Notes: generated by a model not told the origin, from the letters alone. A stretch of DNA of 64,000 nt from Candidatus Eiseniibacteriota bacterium (GCA_963725865.1 CAVSAC010000012.1:416001-480000), one strand, 5' to 3'; counted from the stretch's first letter, positions 12,201 to 23,571 are shown. Made by a program: numbers and translations.

Positions 12201-14902
12201 TAGGCCAGCAGCGTCGTCTGCAGGAACACCTGCGCGGCGGCGTTCTCCAGCTCGCTCCACACGTCGTGCAGGAACACGGCGAACGGCTGCTGCGGGCGGG
12301 GGCCGAACCCCAGGTGCACCATGGGCGGGAACAGCGGGAACGCGAGGACCGCCAGCGCCGCCAGCGTCCAGTCGAGCGGCGAGCCGGGCAGCCACGTCCA
12401 CGCCGAGACGAGCAGCGCCACCAGCGCCGGCGCCAGCAGGCTGCGGCGCAGGTTGTCGAGGATCTTCCAGCGGCTGATCAGCGGCAGCCGGCTGCGCTCC
12501 AGCCCGTGGCGCGTCGGCACCACGGGCAGCAGGAAGGACAGCACCTGCCAGTCGCCGCGCACCCAGCGATGCTGCCGGCGCGCGTGGGTGAGCACGCTCG
12601 AGGGGAAGTCGTCCACGAGCTCGACGTCCGAGACCAGCGCGCAGCGCGCGTAGAGGCCCTCGAACAGGTCGTGCGAGAGCATCGCGTTCTCGGCCACGCG
12701 GCCCTCGAGCGCGGCGGTGAAGGTGTCCACGTCGTACAGACCCTTGCCGGTGAAGCTGCCCTCGCCGAACAGGTCCTGGTAGGTGTCGGACACCGCGGTG
12801 GTGTAGGGATCGATGCCGGTGTGCCCGGCGTACGCCCGCGCGAACAGCGAGCCCGCCGCGCTGGCCAGTGTCACGCTGACCCGCGGCTGGAGGATCCCGT
12901 AGCCTTCGACGACCCGTCCCACCCGCGGATCGAAGCGCGGGCGGTTGAGCGGATGCTCGATCACCCCGATCAGGCGCCGGGCGGCGTCGCGCGGCAGGCG
13001 CGTGTCGCTGTCGAGCGTGATGCAGTAGCGCACGTGCGGCAGGATCGCCGGATCGCCGATCCGCACGCAGAAGCCGGTGTCGGTGGCGCCGCGCAGCAGC
13101 CGGTTGAACTCCTCGAGCTTGCCGCGCTTGCGCTCCCAGCCCATCCAGACGCCTTCGCTGCCGTTCCAGTGGCGCGCGCGGTGAAAGAGGTAGAAGCGGT
13201 CGGCGGCACCAGGCGCGTAGCGGGCGTTGAGCGCCTCGATCCCCTCGACCGCGGCCGCCAGCACCGCGTCCTCGCCCGGGAGCGTCGCGGTGGCGGCGTC
13301 CGGGAAGTCGGTGAGCAGCGCGAAATGCAGGTGCGGGTCGCGATTGCCGAGTGCGTGCACCTCGAGGTGCTCGACCAGGGTCCGCACGCTCTCGACCGAG
13401 GAGATGAGCGTCGGCACGATGACCATCGTGCGCGCGGTCGCGGGCACGCCGCCGCGCAGGTCCAGCCGTGGGAGCGGCAGCGGCCGGATGAAGTGGTGGA
13501 CCACGCGGTTCAGGGCCGCCACGGCGAACTCGCTGGCCGGGATCAGCGCGAGCGCACCGACCCAGGCCCAGCTCCACGGCGGCGCGGCGGCCGCGCGCGC
13601 GACCGCCACGGCACCCGCGACGCCGAGCCCCGTGAGCACGCCCAGCGCGCCGAGGTAGCAGGCGGTGGCGTGCGCGAACAACTGGCGGCCGAGCCGCCGG
13701 CCCAGCGGCGGGTGGTAGGCCACGTCGCTCTCGAGCTCGCGGCGGCCGCCCCCGATCAGGTGGTAGCCGACGTGGGCCACGCGCGAATCGACGCCGGGCG
13801 TCTCGGCCGCCTGGCGCGCGCTCTCGACGGCGCGCAACGCGACCCGCACCTGCGCCTCGCCGCTCGGCTCCGCCAGCGCCTCGACGGCATGGCGATAGCG
13901 GTCGCGGCTGGCGAAATCCATGCGGGCGTAGAGGCCGGGCGGGTCGCGGCGCAGGATCTGCTCGATCAGGCTCACGTCCTCGACGTAGTCGTTCCAGTCG
14001 AGGGTGGAGCACAGCCGCAGGCTGGTGATGGAGTTGCCCATCGAGACGTGGTTCATGGCCAGCCGCTGGTGATCGGCGCGCACGGCGTCCTCGACCGTCA
14101 CGCCCGCGGCGTCCAGACGCTCCTCGAGCCGCTTGCGCAGCTCGGCGGCGCCGGCGCCGTACTCGCGCATGCGCTGCAGCAGCTGGTCCACGAACGCGAC
14201 GTGCAGGACCGCGGGCAGCGGCGGCGGGCGCCCGCTCGGCCCCGCGCTCTCGAACGCGGCGAAGATGCGATCCGCCTCGCGGCGTCCGGCGCGGCTCTCG
14301 AGCAGCTCCTCCGAGAGCCGGCGCAGGTGCTCGATGAGGGCGAGCTTGAGCATGCTGGGCCAGGCCCACAGCTCGCCGATGGTGAGCGGGGCCACCGTCT
14401 GATACGCGTTCATGAACCGGTCGAGGCGCTGAGCGTCGAGTCGCGCGTCGCTGTAGCGGAGCAGCTCCACCGCCATCGCGTAGACGCGCGCCGTGCCCGC
14501 CCGCCCGCGCGCCGCCAGCTTCGGCAGCTCGAGGTAGAAGCGCGTCGGCAGGTAGCGGCGGATCTCGCGCAGCTCGCCTTCCACCAGATGGAAGTTGTCG
14601 AGCAGCCATTCGGCGGCCGGGCTACCGGACTCGCCGCGTCGAACGTCCCCGGCGAGCGTGCGGTAGGCGAGTCGCAGCACACGGGCATCGTCGGACAGGC
14701 GGCGCAGGAGCCGCGGCGGGCCGCGCCGTGGGGTGCGGGACAGCGTGAACTCGGCGGCCAGCGAGCGGGCTCGCTCCTCGAGACGCTCGACGCCGAGGAG
14801 TTCGCCGTGAAGGGGGCTCGAGTCGAGTCCGATCGGTCGCGGGCGCGCTCCACCCGCGGGGCCGGGAGCGGCGCGGGGCGGCGGATTGCGGGCGATGGAC
14901 AA
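6254..14902 (-). CDS. ndvB: Cyclic beta-1,2-glucan synthase (Cgs/NdvB/ChvB; GT84 + cyclisation/glycoamylase-like + GH94 phosphorylase domains)
   Basis: 2882 aa. Motifs [108 protein letters not shown] start is uncertain. Confidence 0.95.
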   Translation of the reverse strand: MSIARNPPPRAAPGPAGGARPRPIGLDSSPLHGELLGVERLEERARSLAAEFTLSRTPRRGPPRLLRRLSDDARVLRLAYRTLAGDVRRGESGSPAAEWLLDNFHLVEGELREIRRYLPTRFYLELPKLAARGRAGTARVYAMAVELLRYSDARLDAQRLDRFMNAYQTVAPLTIGELWAWPSMLKLALIEHLRRLSEELLESRAGRREADRIFAAFESAGPSGRPPPLPAVLHVAFVDQLLQRMREYGAGAAELRKRLEERLDAAGVTVEDAVRADHQRLAMNHVSMGNSITSLRLCSTLDWNDYVEDVSLIEQILRRDPPGLYARMDFASRDRYRHAVEALAEPSGEAQVRVALRAVESARQAAETPGVDSRVAHVGYHLIGGGRRELESDVAYHPPLGRRLGRQLFAHATACYLGALGVLTGLGVAGAVAVARAAAAPPWSWAWVGALALIPASEFAVAALNRVVHHFIRPLPLPRLDLRGGVPATARTMVIVPTLISSVESVRTLVEHLEVHALGNRDPHLHFALLTDFPDAATATLPGEDAVLAAAVEGIEALNARYAPGAADRFYLFHRARHWNGSEGVWMGWERKRGKLEEFNRLLRGATDTGFCVRIGDPAILPHVRYCITLDSDTRLPRDAARRLIGVIEHPLNRPRFDPRVGRVVEGYGILQPRVSVTLASAAGSLFARAYAGHTGIDPYTTAVSDTYQDLFGEGSFTGKGLYDVDTFTAALEGRVAENAMLSHDLFEGLYARCALVSDVELVDDFPSSVLTHARRQHRWVRGDWQVLSFLLPVVPTRHGLERSRLPLISRWKILDNLRRSLLAPALVALLVSAWTWLPGSPLDWTLAALAVLAFPLFPPMVHLGFGPRPQQPFAVFLHDVWSELENAAAQVFLQTTLLAYHAFEMVHAIVLTLVRMVITQRRLLEWETAAVSAARAAGLLARGGPRVFAAEMWAGPATALLVLLAVVPLRPAALPVALPFVAAWLASPLIAWWLSRPVVPRRLAFGASDAQQLRRIARRTWHYFERFVTPLDHALPPDNVQMAPDLLIAHRTSPTNIGMGLLSALAAHDLGYLDSEQLAERLEDTLATVESLERHEGHLLNWYDTTRLAPLAPRYVSTVDSGNLAGALMALAAGLRELAEGTDDVARPRAGVLDTAGVLADALAALEHRAHAATALRASCSAVRRELDALPVALAAVESEHARRAIPARVADLRAALERIAAEAPAGAEADDVGEWGRLLLEGLAACAEHAERPEALRERLRDLARRCDDLADGMDWKFLFEPARGVFSIGFRLADADGPGRLDPSCYDLLASEARLASFVAIARGDVPQEHWFRLSRALVSVEGCTTLVSWSGSMFEYLMPLLLMRSHPETLLEDACRALVRAQVLYGRRHHVPWGISESAYNVQDPHGSYQYKAFGVPGAGLKRGLAEDLVIAPYATALAAVIDPAAAAANFRRLAREGAAGAYGFVEALDLTPRRPLDPDAEAAPAPPRVQRVQAFFAHHQGMSLVALAGAVLGAPMVRRFHSDPRVQATEPLLQERVPRFVPVIRPRAAESTRVAAPVPAVSPRRFRSPHTFHASAHFLSNGQYTAIVTNAGGGASTWRGLAVTRQRDDPTCDPGSQFVYLRDVRSGLLWSAAHQPVCREPERYRVTFRPDEALFERTDDGIETRLEITVSPEDDVEVRRVTLVNRTDRLREIEVTSLVEVVLAPPADDVSHPAFLKLFLETEYLPECTALLCGRRPRSPDEPAPWAVHVVSAEEGVHGAIEWETDRARFYGRGRTPEDPAALDGRALSGTHGAVLDPILSLRRRVRIAPGERVRLAFATGVAATRAAALALAEKYDDSSAATRTFALASTQTQMRLRHLGLAADEAQLFERLASHVLWTDGALRAPAARLAGNTLGQPGLWSHGVSGDLPILVVRAVRDEDIALVRQVLRAQEYWRLKGLSADVVILNDHPTSYLDEMHEQLESLLEKGPWAAWKHRPGGVFLFRGDGIPEAERTVLLAAARAVLNGELGELANQLGLPYPEPTWPPTLAARTRPASPTMGDAEPQVETPPLTHANDLGGFTAAGREYAIVLNGAADTPQPWVNVIANERFGTVVGATGAAWTWSGNSRENRLTPFANDPVSEFSGEAIYLRDEDLGDVWGATPGPLARTPDGGRWVTRHGAGITRFTHRAHDVTCTCTVFVHAEEPLKLSRLALVNHSTRRRHLSVFAYNEWALCPPRAGEQRFVVTEQHPETRAVLARNPYNADFAGRVAFAHASLPTASATGDRLEFLGRNGSLRRPAALARVALSQRFGAGLDPCAALHLRIDLEPGETREIVLLLGQGDDRAHALALMERFGSVAAARRAQEEVESRWDALLGTVQVQTPDDSFDLMMNRWLLYQSVSSRLWGRTGFFQPGGAYGFRDQLQDVMALGLARPDLYREHLLRCAARQFTEGDVQHWWHEHTGRGVRTRCSDDLMWLPFAVAHYVSRTGDRAVLDERVGFLRAPPLEHGELERYGRPEVAEESGTLVEHCIRAIERGLTTGRHGLPLIGTGDWNDGLNRVGYQGRGESVWLGWLLTMILRDFAAIVDARGDTARAVRWRAERERMVAMLEQAWDGDWYRRAYFDDGSPLGSAQIPECRIDAISQSWAVLSGAASAERAERAMDAVRMQLVRRDAGVIKLLAPPFDQSALDPGYIKAYVPGVRENGGQYTHAALWTVMAIAQLGNGDEAVELFHMLNPINHSRTPADLDRYKVEPYVVAADVYTHPAHIGRGGWTWYTGSAAWMYRLGLESILGLGRRGSCFSVAPCIPASWRGFTVQWRAGTSLYRISVENPAHASRGVARAELDGHPVDPGAIPLVEDGGEHHLLVVMGEPAPVNEAPTAAEGALSAANPPLP

Positions 14903-15061
14903 CTGCCGAACGTCCTTCCGGAACGGGCCGCGGGAGAGTCCGCAACCATGGTCGAGGCGGTGCCCGCATCGTAACAGTCTTTCGAGCGCCCGTCGCGGGA
15001 TGGCCGCGCGGGTGAGAAGCGTCGCCGATGCCGGGCCTGGCTGCTCGCGCGCGCCTCGCCA

Positions 15062-15120
15062 ACGCCTGGGGCGGCGTCCGTTCGCCGTGACCCTTGGCTC
15101 GATCGGCGGGAATGGTGGTC
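15062..15120 (-). promoter_or_regulatory. Conserved leader element, copy 1 (upstream of cgs)
   Basis: Core 15074-15115 matches 26649-26690 at 38 of 42 nt. Confidence 0.6.
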
Positions 15121-15199
15121 CAGATCGAGGCGGGTTGTACCCAGTCCTCTGTGCCGTGCGCTATTCTCTGGAGCAGGTCACCGCTTCGAGGGTCAGCCC

Positions 15200-16522
<1,323 letters not shown>

Positions 16523-16552
16523 GGCTCCGCGCTCGGGTCGTGCTGCGCCCGC

Positions 16553-17425
16553 TCACCTTCCGAACAGGTCGCTGGCGTCGAAGCTCACACCCAAGGTCAC
16601 GTGCAGCGAGGTGAGCCGGAGCCCGTCAGGCAGTCGCCGCAGCACCGCATCGGGCAGCGGCGATTCGGACGGCGCGCGGTAGCGGATCGAGGACCAGCGG
16701 ATGTGCTGCGCGCTCATCCCGCCGACCACGCGCACGCCGCGGTGCGCGCGCCAGCCCAGCAGCAGGGACGCCTCCGGCGCCAGCGCCCGTTCGGTGTCGA
16801 GCCGCACCAGCGTGCTGTCGGTGGTGCCGTTGGCCTGGGCCAGCTGCACCACGCTCGCGCCCAGCGTCGCGTACCAGAACGTGGACCGCGGAGCGCGCCA
16901 GAGCGGGAAGGGACCGAACAGCGCACTGCCGTAGAGCCCGCCCACGGGGAACGTCGAAGCGAGCGTGCCGCGGTGACCGTGGACGTCCACGCGGTAGGCG
17001 CCCGAGTACTGGTAGCCCACCGCGAGCGACACCCAGCCGTCGCGCCCGGGGAGGGTGTGATGGCTGCGCACGGAACGGACGGTGCGCAGCGTATCCACCC
17101 GCATCGCTCCCGGCGTGCTCGGCGTGCCCGGCTGCCATTCGACCGCGGTCCTGACCGAGTCGAGCGTCACGATGGTGTCGGGCTGGCCGCCGAAGGGGCC
17201 GAACACTGCGGCGAACCCACCGCGCACGAACGGGTGGCGGTCGCCGAGGTAGAACGCCTCGGGATGCCGGACGTCGCGATAGCCGAGCGATCCCCACAGG
17301 TAGCCGCCCGTCAGCTTGGCGAACGGCGGAGCGACGGAATTGAATTGCGCTCGCGCGGGGATCGCCGATCCGAGGAGCGCGAGCACCGCCGCGGCGGCCG
17401 CGGCGCGGGCGGTGAGGCACCTCAT
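16553..17425 (-). CDS. Hypothetical exported protein, probable outer-membrane beta-barrel
   Basis: ATG 17425 gives a signal peptide (MRCLTARAAAAAAVLALLGSAIPARAQ); alternating strands; C-terminal LHVTLGVSF. Confidence 0.6.
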   Translation of the reverse strand: MRCLTARAAAAAAVLALLGSAIPARAQFNSVAPPFAKLTGGYLWGSLGYRDVRHPEAFYLGDRHPFVRGGFAAVFGPFGGQPDTIVTLDSVRTAVEWQPGTPSTPGAMRVDTLRTVRSVRSHHTLPGRDGWVSLAVGYQYSGAYRVDVHGHRGTLASTFPVGGLYGSALFGPFPLWRAPRSTFWYATLGASVVQLAQANGTTDSTLVRLDTERALAPEASLLLGWRAHRGVRVVGGMSAQHIRWSSIRYRAPSESPLPDAVLRRLPDGLRLTSLHVTLGVSFDASDLFGR

Positions 17426-17483
17426 GCGGACCTCCGATCGAGACGCTTCAGCAGGACGGGTCGGCCGGGCGTGGGCGCGCTCG

Positions 17484-18134
17484 TCACCCCGAGGCGGACT
17501 GAGGACGAGGTGCCGGCACCGTCCGACGACAAGGGACGCCCTCGCGCGGGGCCAGCACTCGATCCACACCGGCCGCCGCGCTCGCGAGCGCCGTGAAACC
17601 CTGGACGAAGACCGCGGGCAGCTTGAACACGTAACCCGAGAGCGGACGGGTCGCTCCCCGGTCTCCCATCTCGAACGGGTAGTACAGCGGAGATCCTACC
17701 TCGTCCTCGAGCGCGCGCAACGCGGGGAAGAAACTCCACTGGATCCGGGCGATCTCGTGCAGCGGCACGGCGGCGTCCAGCGGGGTGGATCGCCGGAGCT
17801 CGATGCCCCAGCTGGGCAGCGGCCGGCTGAGGCCGGTGCCTCGGTGGGATCCCGCGGGGAGCGGCCACGCGACGTCACGCTTCTCGACCGCGCCATGCGC
17901 GACGGACCAGGCATCGATCGCGTGGCGGGATGCGTCGTAGTGGAAGACGAGATCCCCGCTATTGACGTGCGTGATCAACCGATGGGTCCACGAGGTCGAG
18001 AGCCGGCCCTCGCCGCGCGGCGCAGCCAGCAACGCGTCGCGGCCGGGGCGCTCGGTGACGTCGAGCCAGTAGCGCTCCCTGGGCGCTCCTGCCCACCAGG
18101 CGTGGATGTCGTCCGCGCGGCGATGCCATCTCAT
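17484..18134 (-). CDS. Stand-alone EVE/PUA-like domain protein
   Basis: WWAGAPRERYWLD...GDLVFHYD...LYYPFE...RPLSGYVFKLP resembles, from recall, the N-terminal reader domain of HNH/DUF3883-type nucleases. No nuclease domain follows. Confidence 0.55.
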   Translation of the reverse strand: MRWHRRADDIHAWWAGAPRERYWLDVTERPGRDALLAAPRGEGRLSTSWTHRLITHVNSGDLVFHYDASRHAIDAWSVAHGAVEKRDVAWPLPAGSHRGTGLSRPLPSWGIELRRSTPLDAAVPLHEIARIQWSFFPALRALEDEVGSPLYYPFEMGDRGATRPLSGYVFKLPAVFVQGFTALASAAAGVDRVLAPREGVPCRRTVPAPRPQSASG

Positions 18135-18222
18135 CGCGAGTGGTCCCTTTCCGAACGCGGATGCGCGGGCACACGGTCATGCCGCGCGCTCGAGACCCGT
18201 GAATCGTCCCATCGGAGGATGA

Positions 18223-18237
18223 GCCAGATTGATGCCA
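18223..18237 (-). promoter_or_regulatory. Putative sigma-54 -24/-12 promoter for 18134/17425 genes
   Basis: TGGCATCAATCTGGC (GG-N10-GC); an enhancer-like box TTGAAGATCCTTCCAC lies on the minus strand at 18364-18379. Confidence 0.5.
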
Positions 18238-18657
18238 GTCCATCGAGTCGGGCCCCAGATCGCCAACTCGTTGCCGATCGCGTCGCTGGGTGGCTGGCGG
18301 CTCCGGTCACGGAGATCAGGCGAGTCGGACCGCGCGTCGGAATTGAAAGGGCTCCTCCCGGCAGTGGAAGGATCTTCAATGCGGCGGGTCGGGGACGGGG
18401 CGTTCCCGAACGGATCACATGCACGGGACATCCGAGGAGGTCGCGCGCGGAGTCGCCGCCGGTGGTCCGACGCGATCATCCCGACGCTCCGCCGCCGCCG
18501 CCGAGATGTCACGGGCGGCGCACCGTCGCGATCGAATCTCAGGGGCGGCGCATTTCCCACAGGTCGGGCGCCCCTCGTGCGGTGAGGCGATCGGGACTTG
18601 CCGTTCATGGTGCTGCCCGACAGGCGCTTGAGCCGATCGGTCCGCTTCGCGTCCGGC

Positions 18658-18672
18658 TGGCACCGGGCTTGC
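18658..18672 (+). promoter_or_regulatory. Putative sigma-54 -24/-12 promoter for 18911 gene
   Basis: TGGCACCGGGCTTGC matches the consensus TGGCAC-N5-TTGC. Confidence 0.6.
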
Positions 18673-18910
18673 GGTGTAGTCGCAGCGCGGCACGTCAGCG
18701 AGCCAGCGGCTTCATCTCCCACCCTCCGCTCGCAAGTCGTCTCGCCGAGGATCAGGCCACCCATTCCCGCTCGGCCGATCCTCGCCGGGTCGCTCACGAC
18801 CCTTCACCGCCAAGCTCGACAGCGAAGTCGCCTCAGACCCCTGGGTCCGAGGCCTGGCCGCGTGTGCTTGCAGGATCCACGACTCTTCAGCCTAGGGACC
18901 GGGAGGATCC

Positions 18911-19579
18911 ATGAAATGCACCCGACGCATCGCTCTGCTGGCCGCCTCGTCGCTGCTCGTCGTTGCGGCGCCGGCGCCAGCCTCGACCACCTCCGCCACT
19001 CCCTTCTCCATCCACTGGAGCGCACCGGGCGACGACTTCCGGATCGGCCGGGCGACGGTTTACGACCTGCGCTACTCGAGCGCGCCGCTCACGGCGGCGA
19101 ACTTCAGCCTGGCCACGAAGCTCACCGGGCTCCCTGCGCCCGCGGTCGCGGGATCGCCGGAGTCCCTCGTGGTCACGGGGCTGCCCGACAGCGTCGCCTT
19201 CTACCTGGCCCTCAAGTCCGCGGACGAGGTGGGGAACTGGTCGACCATCTCCAACGTGGTGACCCGGCCGGCGCGCGTCGCGGGGGTCGATCCATCACCG
19301 CTCGAAGTCTCGTTCTCATCGCCGTGGCCCAATCCCGCGCGCGAGTCGGTGCATTGGCGCTTCACCCTGACGCAGGCCGCGCCGCTCCAGGTCGATGTCT
19401 TCGACGCGATGGGCCGCCTCGTGCGGACCGTGGCGAGCGGCGAACGCGCGGCGGGCAGGGGAGATCTGTCCTGGGATCTGCGCGACGACCGCGGTAGTCC
19501 GGTGGGCGCAGGCCTCTACTTCGCGCGGGCCCGCATCGGCTCGAAGGCGTGGACGAGCCGTCTGGTGGTCGTGCGCTGA
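18911..19579 (+). CDS. Secreted fibronectin-III-like protein with FlgD-Ig/T9SS-like C-terminal domain
   Basis: RBS GGAGG, signal peptide, WSAPGDD...YDLRYS...DEVGNWSTISN, then PNP...VFDAMGRLVRT...WDLRDDRG...GLYFAR. Confidence 0.85.
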   Translation: MKCTRRIALLAASSLLVVAAPAPASTTSATPFSIHWSAPGDDFRIGRATVYDLRYSSAPLTAANFSLATKLTGLPAPAVAGSPESLVVTGLPDSVAFYLALKSADEVGNWSTISNVVTRPARVAGVDPSPLEVSFSSPWPNPARESVHWRFTLTQAAPLQVDVFDAMGRLVRTVASGERAAGRGDLSWDLRDDRGSPVGAGLYFARARIGSKAWTSRLVVVR

Positions 19580-19723
19580 GCGTGGGGGTCCGCCGCCGCA
19601 AGATGCCTCCAGCCGCCCCATCGCGCGGACCCCACTCGATCGCTCGGACCCATGCAGTGAGTACGCGGAGTATGCGGACGAGGGCGCGCCCGGGATGGCC
19701 CGGCCCGTCGGCCGACTCCGGAA

Positions 19724-19874
19724 TTGAAGTTCCCTCCGCGCCGCTTGAAATTCCTGCCACGCGGACGGTGCGGATCGGATCCGGCGCGAGCTTCCCGGAA
19801 GAGGCGCACCGCGCACCCCACCAACGACTTCGTCGCGGCTTCTGAACTCGCTGTTTCGATGGCACCGATCGTGC
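19724..19874 (+). promoter_or_regulatory. Tandem enhancer boxes plus sigma-54 promoter for the hybrid kinase
   Basis: TTGAAGTTCCCTCC (19724) and TTGAAATTCCTGCCAC (19745), then TGGCACCGATCGTGC (19860-19874). Confidence 0.7.
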
Positions 19875-20042
19875 CTCGTCGAGAGAACGTGACGAAGCAG
19901 GTGGCGCGGTCGCCGTCGATCCGCAGGGGAGAAACGGATTGCGCGCGGCCGCCCACCACCTTCGCTCACAGGGATCGAGCCCATGCGAATCGGGTTGTGG
20001 GGACGTCGCCAGGGGAGCCAGACTGGTGGCGCCACCTGACCG

Positions 20043-21962
20043 GTGGCCAAGCATCCCATCTCGAAACGAGGACCTCTCCTGCCTGAATGGTCATTCCAGC
20101 GCCGACTGATCACCGGTGTGATCGGGATCTGCCTGCTGGCGATCTTGACCAGCGCTGCGACTTTGTTCACTTCGCGGGTCCTGACCTCGAACCTGTCGCG
20201 GGTGGCTTCGGGCGTCGGCCGCGATCTCGGCGATGCGCGGGAGTTGCAGCTCATCGGTCTCAAGAGCATCGCGGACGCGCACGCGTGCCTGCTCACCGGT
20301 GGAGAGAAGTTCGCTCCCTCGGCCGAGGCTGGCAGCGTCCAAGTGCGGGAGATGGCCGCGCGGATGCAGGCGCAGCTCACGGACCCCCAGGGCCGCGCGC
20401 TCGTCGCACGGGTCCTGGCCGCCGAGGCTGCCCATCGGCTCGCGTTCACGCGCGCCCTCGCGGACGCCGGCACGCTTCGGGCCCGGTCACCGGTGCTCTA
20501 CCCCGAGGCGGTCCTGTCGCACGGGGAGGAGCTCGAGCAGGCGCTGGATGCCCTCGTGGCGCACGTCGAATCGGTCCGGCTGAGCAACCTCGCGCGTGCG
20601 AGGGCGGCCGTGGACCGCGCCGAGAACTTCCTCTCGATCATCGCCACCCTCACGATCCTGCTGCTGGTCGCGCTGTGCCTGTTCCTGATCGGCGGGCTCG
20701 GTCGGAGTTACCGGCGGCAGACGACCGCTCGCAGCCAGGCCGAGCTCGGTCACAGCCAGGCCAAGACGTCGCTGACGGAGGTGGAGGCAGCCAGCCACCT
20801 GAAGGACGAGTTCCTCGCGACGGTGTCGCACGAGCTCCGCAATCCACTCGCGCCCATCCTCACCTGGACCCAACTGCTCAGGAGCGGCACGCTCGATCCC
20901 GAGAAGACCAAGCGCGCGCTGGAGGTCATCGAGCGAAACGTCGTCTCCCAGGCCCAGCTCATCGACGACCTGGTGGATGTCTCGCGCGTGGTCTCCGGGA
21001 AGTTCCGGCTCGACGTGCGACCGATCGACCTGGTGCCGGTGATCAAGGCCGCCGCGGATTCGCAGGTTCCCGCGAGTGATGCCAAGCAGATCCGTCTGCA
21101 ACTCGTTCTCGACGAGCGGACCGGCCTGATCTCGGGAGATTCGGAGCGCCTCCAGCAGGTGATGTGGAACCTGATCTCCAACGCCATCAAGTTCACCCCC
21201 AAGGGCGGCCGGGTCCAGGTGGTGTTGCAGCGCGCGGAGTCGCATGTGGAGGTCGCGGTCAGCGACAGCGGCGTCGGCATCGACTCCGAGTTCCTGCCCC
21301 ACGTGTTCGAGCCGTTCCGGCAGGGCACCGCCGGGCCGATGCGACGCCATGGCGGGCTCGGTCTCGGGCTCTCGATCGTCCGCCACATCGTGGAATTGCA
21401 CGGAGGCGAGATCGTCGCTCAGAGCGACGGCCCGAACCTCGGTGCCAAGTTCACCGTCAAGTTCCCGCTCCTGGCGACGGCCCGCATGGTCGGCGAGCCG
21501 GTGCGCCGGCACCCGATCGCGCGCGACACGCTCACCGACCTCGACCTCGGGCGCCTGGAGGGGATCCGCGTGCTGATCGTGGAGGATGAGCCGAGTGCGA
21601 GCGAGGCGCTGCTGGAGCTGTTCAGTTCCTGCGGCGCCGAAGCGAGGAGCGCGGGATCGGCCCCCGAAGCGCTCCGGATGTTCGACGCCTGGCAGCCGGA
21701 CGTCCTGGTCTCCGACATCGCGATGCCCGGTGAAGACGGCTATTCGCTGATCCGCAAGATCCGGCTCCGCCCCCCCGAGCGCGGCGGCACCATCCCCGCA
21801 GTGGCGCTGACCGCCTACGCGAAGATCGAGGACCGCGTGACCATACTGGGCGCTGGCTTCCAGATGTACCTGTCGAAGCCGGCGGACCCGAATGAGTTGA
21901 TCGCGGTGGTGATCAGCCTCGCAATGCGCCCCGGACCGGCCGAGCACCGCGCGACCTCGTAG
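20043..21962 (+). CDS. Hybrid sensor histidine kinase/response regulator (2 TM, HisKA, HATPase, REC)
   Basis: H-box SHELRNPL, N-box NLISNAIKFT, DSGVGI, GGLGLGLSI, C-terminal REC SDIAMP...KP. Confidence 0.95.
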   Translation: MAKHPISKRGPLLPEWSFQRRLITGVIGICLLAILTSAATLFTSRVLTSNLSRVASGVGRDLGDARELQLIGLKSIADAHACLLTGGEKFAPSAEAGSVQVREMAARMQAQLTDPQGRALVARVLAAEAAHRLAFTRALADAGTLRARSPVLYPEAVLSHGEELEQALDALVAHVESVRLSNLARARAAVDRAENFLSIIATLTILLLVALCLFLIGGLGRSYRRQTTARSQAELGHSQAKTSLTEVEAASHLKDEFLATVSHELRNPLAPILTWTQLLRSGTLDPEKTKRALEVIERNVVSQAQLIDDLVDVSRVVSGKFRLDVRPIDLVPVIKAAADSQVPASDAKQIRLQLVLDERTGLISGDSERLQQVMWNLISNAIKFTPKGGRVQVVLQRAESHVEVAVSDSGVGIDSEFLPHVFEPFRQGTAGPMRRHGGLGLGLSIVRHIVELHGGEIVAQSDGPNLGAKFTVKFPLLATARMVGEPVRRHPIARDTLTDLDLGRLEGIRVLIVEDEPSASEALLELFSSCGAEARSAGSAPEALRMFDAWQPDVLVSDIAMPGEDGYSLIRKIRLRPPERGGTIPAVALTAYAKIEDRVTILGAGFQMYLSKPADPNELIAVVISLAMRPGPAEHRATS

Positions 21963-22018
21963 CGTCCGGATCCCGCCCACGGACCCCGTCCCGCGGCCGG
22001 GATCCGAGCCTCCTCGGA

Positions 22019-22167
22019 TTGAAGATCCGGCCTGGCATTTGAAGTTTCTGCCACCGCGCCGCACCGCGCATGGCCCCGCGGGGCGATGAGCATCGATCCC
22101 GACCACGAGCGGCCACAACGACCTGCAGCGGTTCGCAGCTGCGCTCACCTGCTGGCACTGATCGTGC
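22019..22167 (+). promoter_or_regulatory. Tandem enhancer boxes plus sigma-54 promoter for the OMP-DoxX operon
   Basis: TTGAAGATCCGGCC (22019) and TTGAAGTTTCTGCCAC (22039), then TGGCACTGATCGTGC (22153-22167). Confidence 0.7.
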
Positions 22168-22284
22168 GATTCAAGTCACGCGAAGGAGCGCGCAGGCGCG
22201 GTCGGCCCGGCACGCTTCGAACCCCCACCACCACGCGGAATCGGGCCCCGCTGACACTTCCAGTCGGCCACAGAGGAGTCCCAT

Positions 22285-22857
22285 ATGACGGATTCGAAGC
22301 GCCGCACGGTCGCGGCGCGGCAGGTCCTGGCAGCACTCGCACTCGCCACGCTCGCGACCCTGAGCGCTGGGGTCGCCCGAGCGTTCGAGCTCATCCCTTC
22401 ACTCGGCGTCACGAAGTCCACCGACACGGATGCCGGCGACGCCAAGGCTTTCGGCGGGCTCGCGCTGCGCGCTCCGCTGCTCCCGTTCCTCAAGGTCGAG
22501 GCGGGGATCGGCTACCGGCAGGACTCGTTCGGCAGCGGCCAGTTCGAGGTGCGCCAGTGGCCGGTGACGGCTTCGCTCTGGGCCTCACCGCTCCCCATGG
22601 TGTACGCGGGCGGCGGTGTCGGCTGGTACCGGACGACGCTCGACTTCCGCAGCGATGTGCCGTTCAAGGACACCACCACGCAGAAGATGGGGGTTCATCT
22701 CGGGGGCGGCGCCGACGTACCGATCGCGCCCAAGCTCGCTCTCGATCTGAACGGTCGGTACATCTTCATGCAGAAGGACAACAACAGTCTCGAAGTGCCG
22801 ACGACATTCAACCCTGACTACTGGACCCTCGCGCTCGGACTTGCCATCAAGTTCTAG
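22285..22857 (+). CDS. Small outer-membrane beta-barrel protein (OmpA/OmpW-like barrel)
   Basis: RBS GAGGAG, signal peptide, YAGGGVG strand, terminal Phe (GLAIKF). Confidence 0.85.
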   Translation: MTDSKRRTVAARQVLAALALATLATLSAGVARAFELIPSLGVTKSTDTDAGDAKAFGGLALRAPLLPFLKVEAGIGYRQDSFGSGQFEVRQWPVTASLWASPLPMVYAGGGVGWYRTTLDFRSDVPFKDTTTQKMGVHLGGGADVPIAPKLALDLNGRYIFMQKDNNSLEVPTTFNPDYWTLALGLAIKF

Positions 22858-22886
22858 GGCCACGGGTATCGAGAGGAGCAAGCCAC

Positions 22887-23540
22887 ATGCATCATCCTGG
22901 ACGCAACACTCTGGCATCGGTCGTCACGCTCGCCGTCACACTCGCCGCCGGGACCTGGCTGCTGAGCGGCTGCAACGAGACGAGCGCGGTCGCAAAGGAC
23001 GCGAACGCGTCGGCTGGCAAGTACCGCTCGGCCTCGTCCCACACCCTGCAGTCGGGCACCCGGATCAACGTGACCCTCGGCAGCAGCATCTCGTCCGAGA
23101 CCGCCAACGTCGGCAGTGCCTGGCACGGAACGGTGACGGAGAACGTGTCGACGCAGAACGGGGGCATGATCCCGGCCGGCAGCCAGGTGGATGGAGTCGT
23201 CGCGGGTGTGCTCGCGGCCCGGCGCGGCTCGCGGGCCATGCTCGAGCTCGGCGTGCGGAGCATCCGCGTGGACGGTCGTGACGAGTCGATCGCCGCGAGG
23301 TCCGAACCGGTGATCGCGGGCTCGCCTCGCGCTCGCAACCTGGGCGCCGTCGCGGGCGGTGCCGCCGCCGGCGCGCTGATCGGCAAGGTCGTCGGTGACG
23401 GCAAGAACGCCGCAGTCGGCGGCCTCATCGGCGGCGCCGCCGCAGCGGGTGTCGTGGCCGGATCGAAGGGCTACCAGGTCGTGCTGCCCGACGGCGCGGT
23501 CATGAGCTTCACCGTCGATCAGACCGTCGCATTGCGATAG
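22887..23540 (+). CDS. Glycine-zipper lipoprotein
   Basis: Lipobox LLSGC; GAVAGGAAAGALIG...GGLIGGAAAAG. Confidence 0.8.
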   Translation: MHHPGRNTLASVVTLAVTLAAGTWLLSGCNETSAVAKDANASAGKYRSASSHTLQSGTRINVTLGSSISSETANVGSAWHGTVTENVSTQNGGMIPAGSQVDGVVAGVLAARRGSRAMLELGVRSIRVDGRDESIAARSEPVIAGSPRARNLGAVAGGAAAGALIGKVVGDGKNAAVGGLIGGAAAAGVVAGSKGYQVVLPDGAVMSFTVDQTVALR

Positions 23541-23546
23541 GAGGTG

Positions 23547-23571
23547 GGCGGTCCCGGTCCTCGGGACCGCC
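23547..23571. other. Intra-operon 10-bp hairpin
   Basis: GGCGGTCCCG-gtcct-CGGGACCGCC with no U tract. Confidence 0.45.

Noticed and set aside
6809..14974. 2721-aa plus-strand ORF and 2017-aa alternate-frame ORF over cgs
   Set aside because: Shadow ORFs caused by high GC3 and few stop codons; Arg/Ala/Gly-rich with no motifs.
15018..15032. Sigma-54-like CGGCATCGGCGACGC upstream of cgs (minus strand)
   Set aside because: Poor -12 element, no TTGAA enhancer boxes, and it would exclude the conserved leader element from the transcript.
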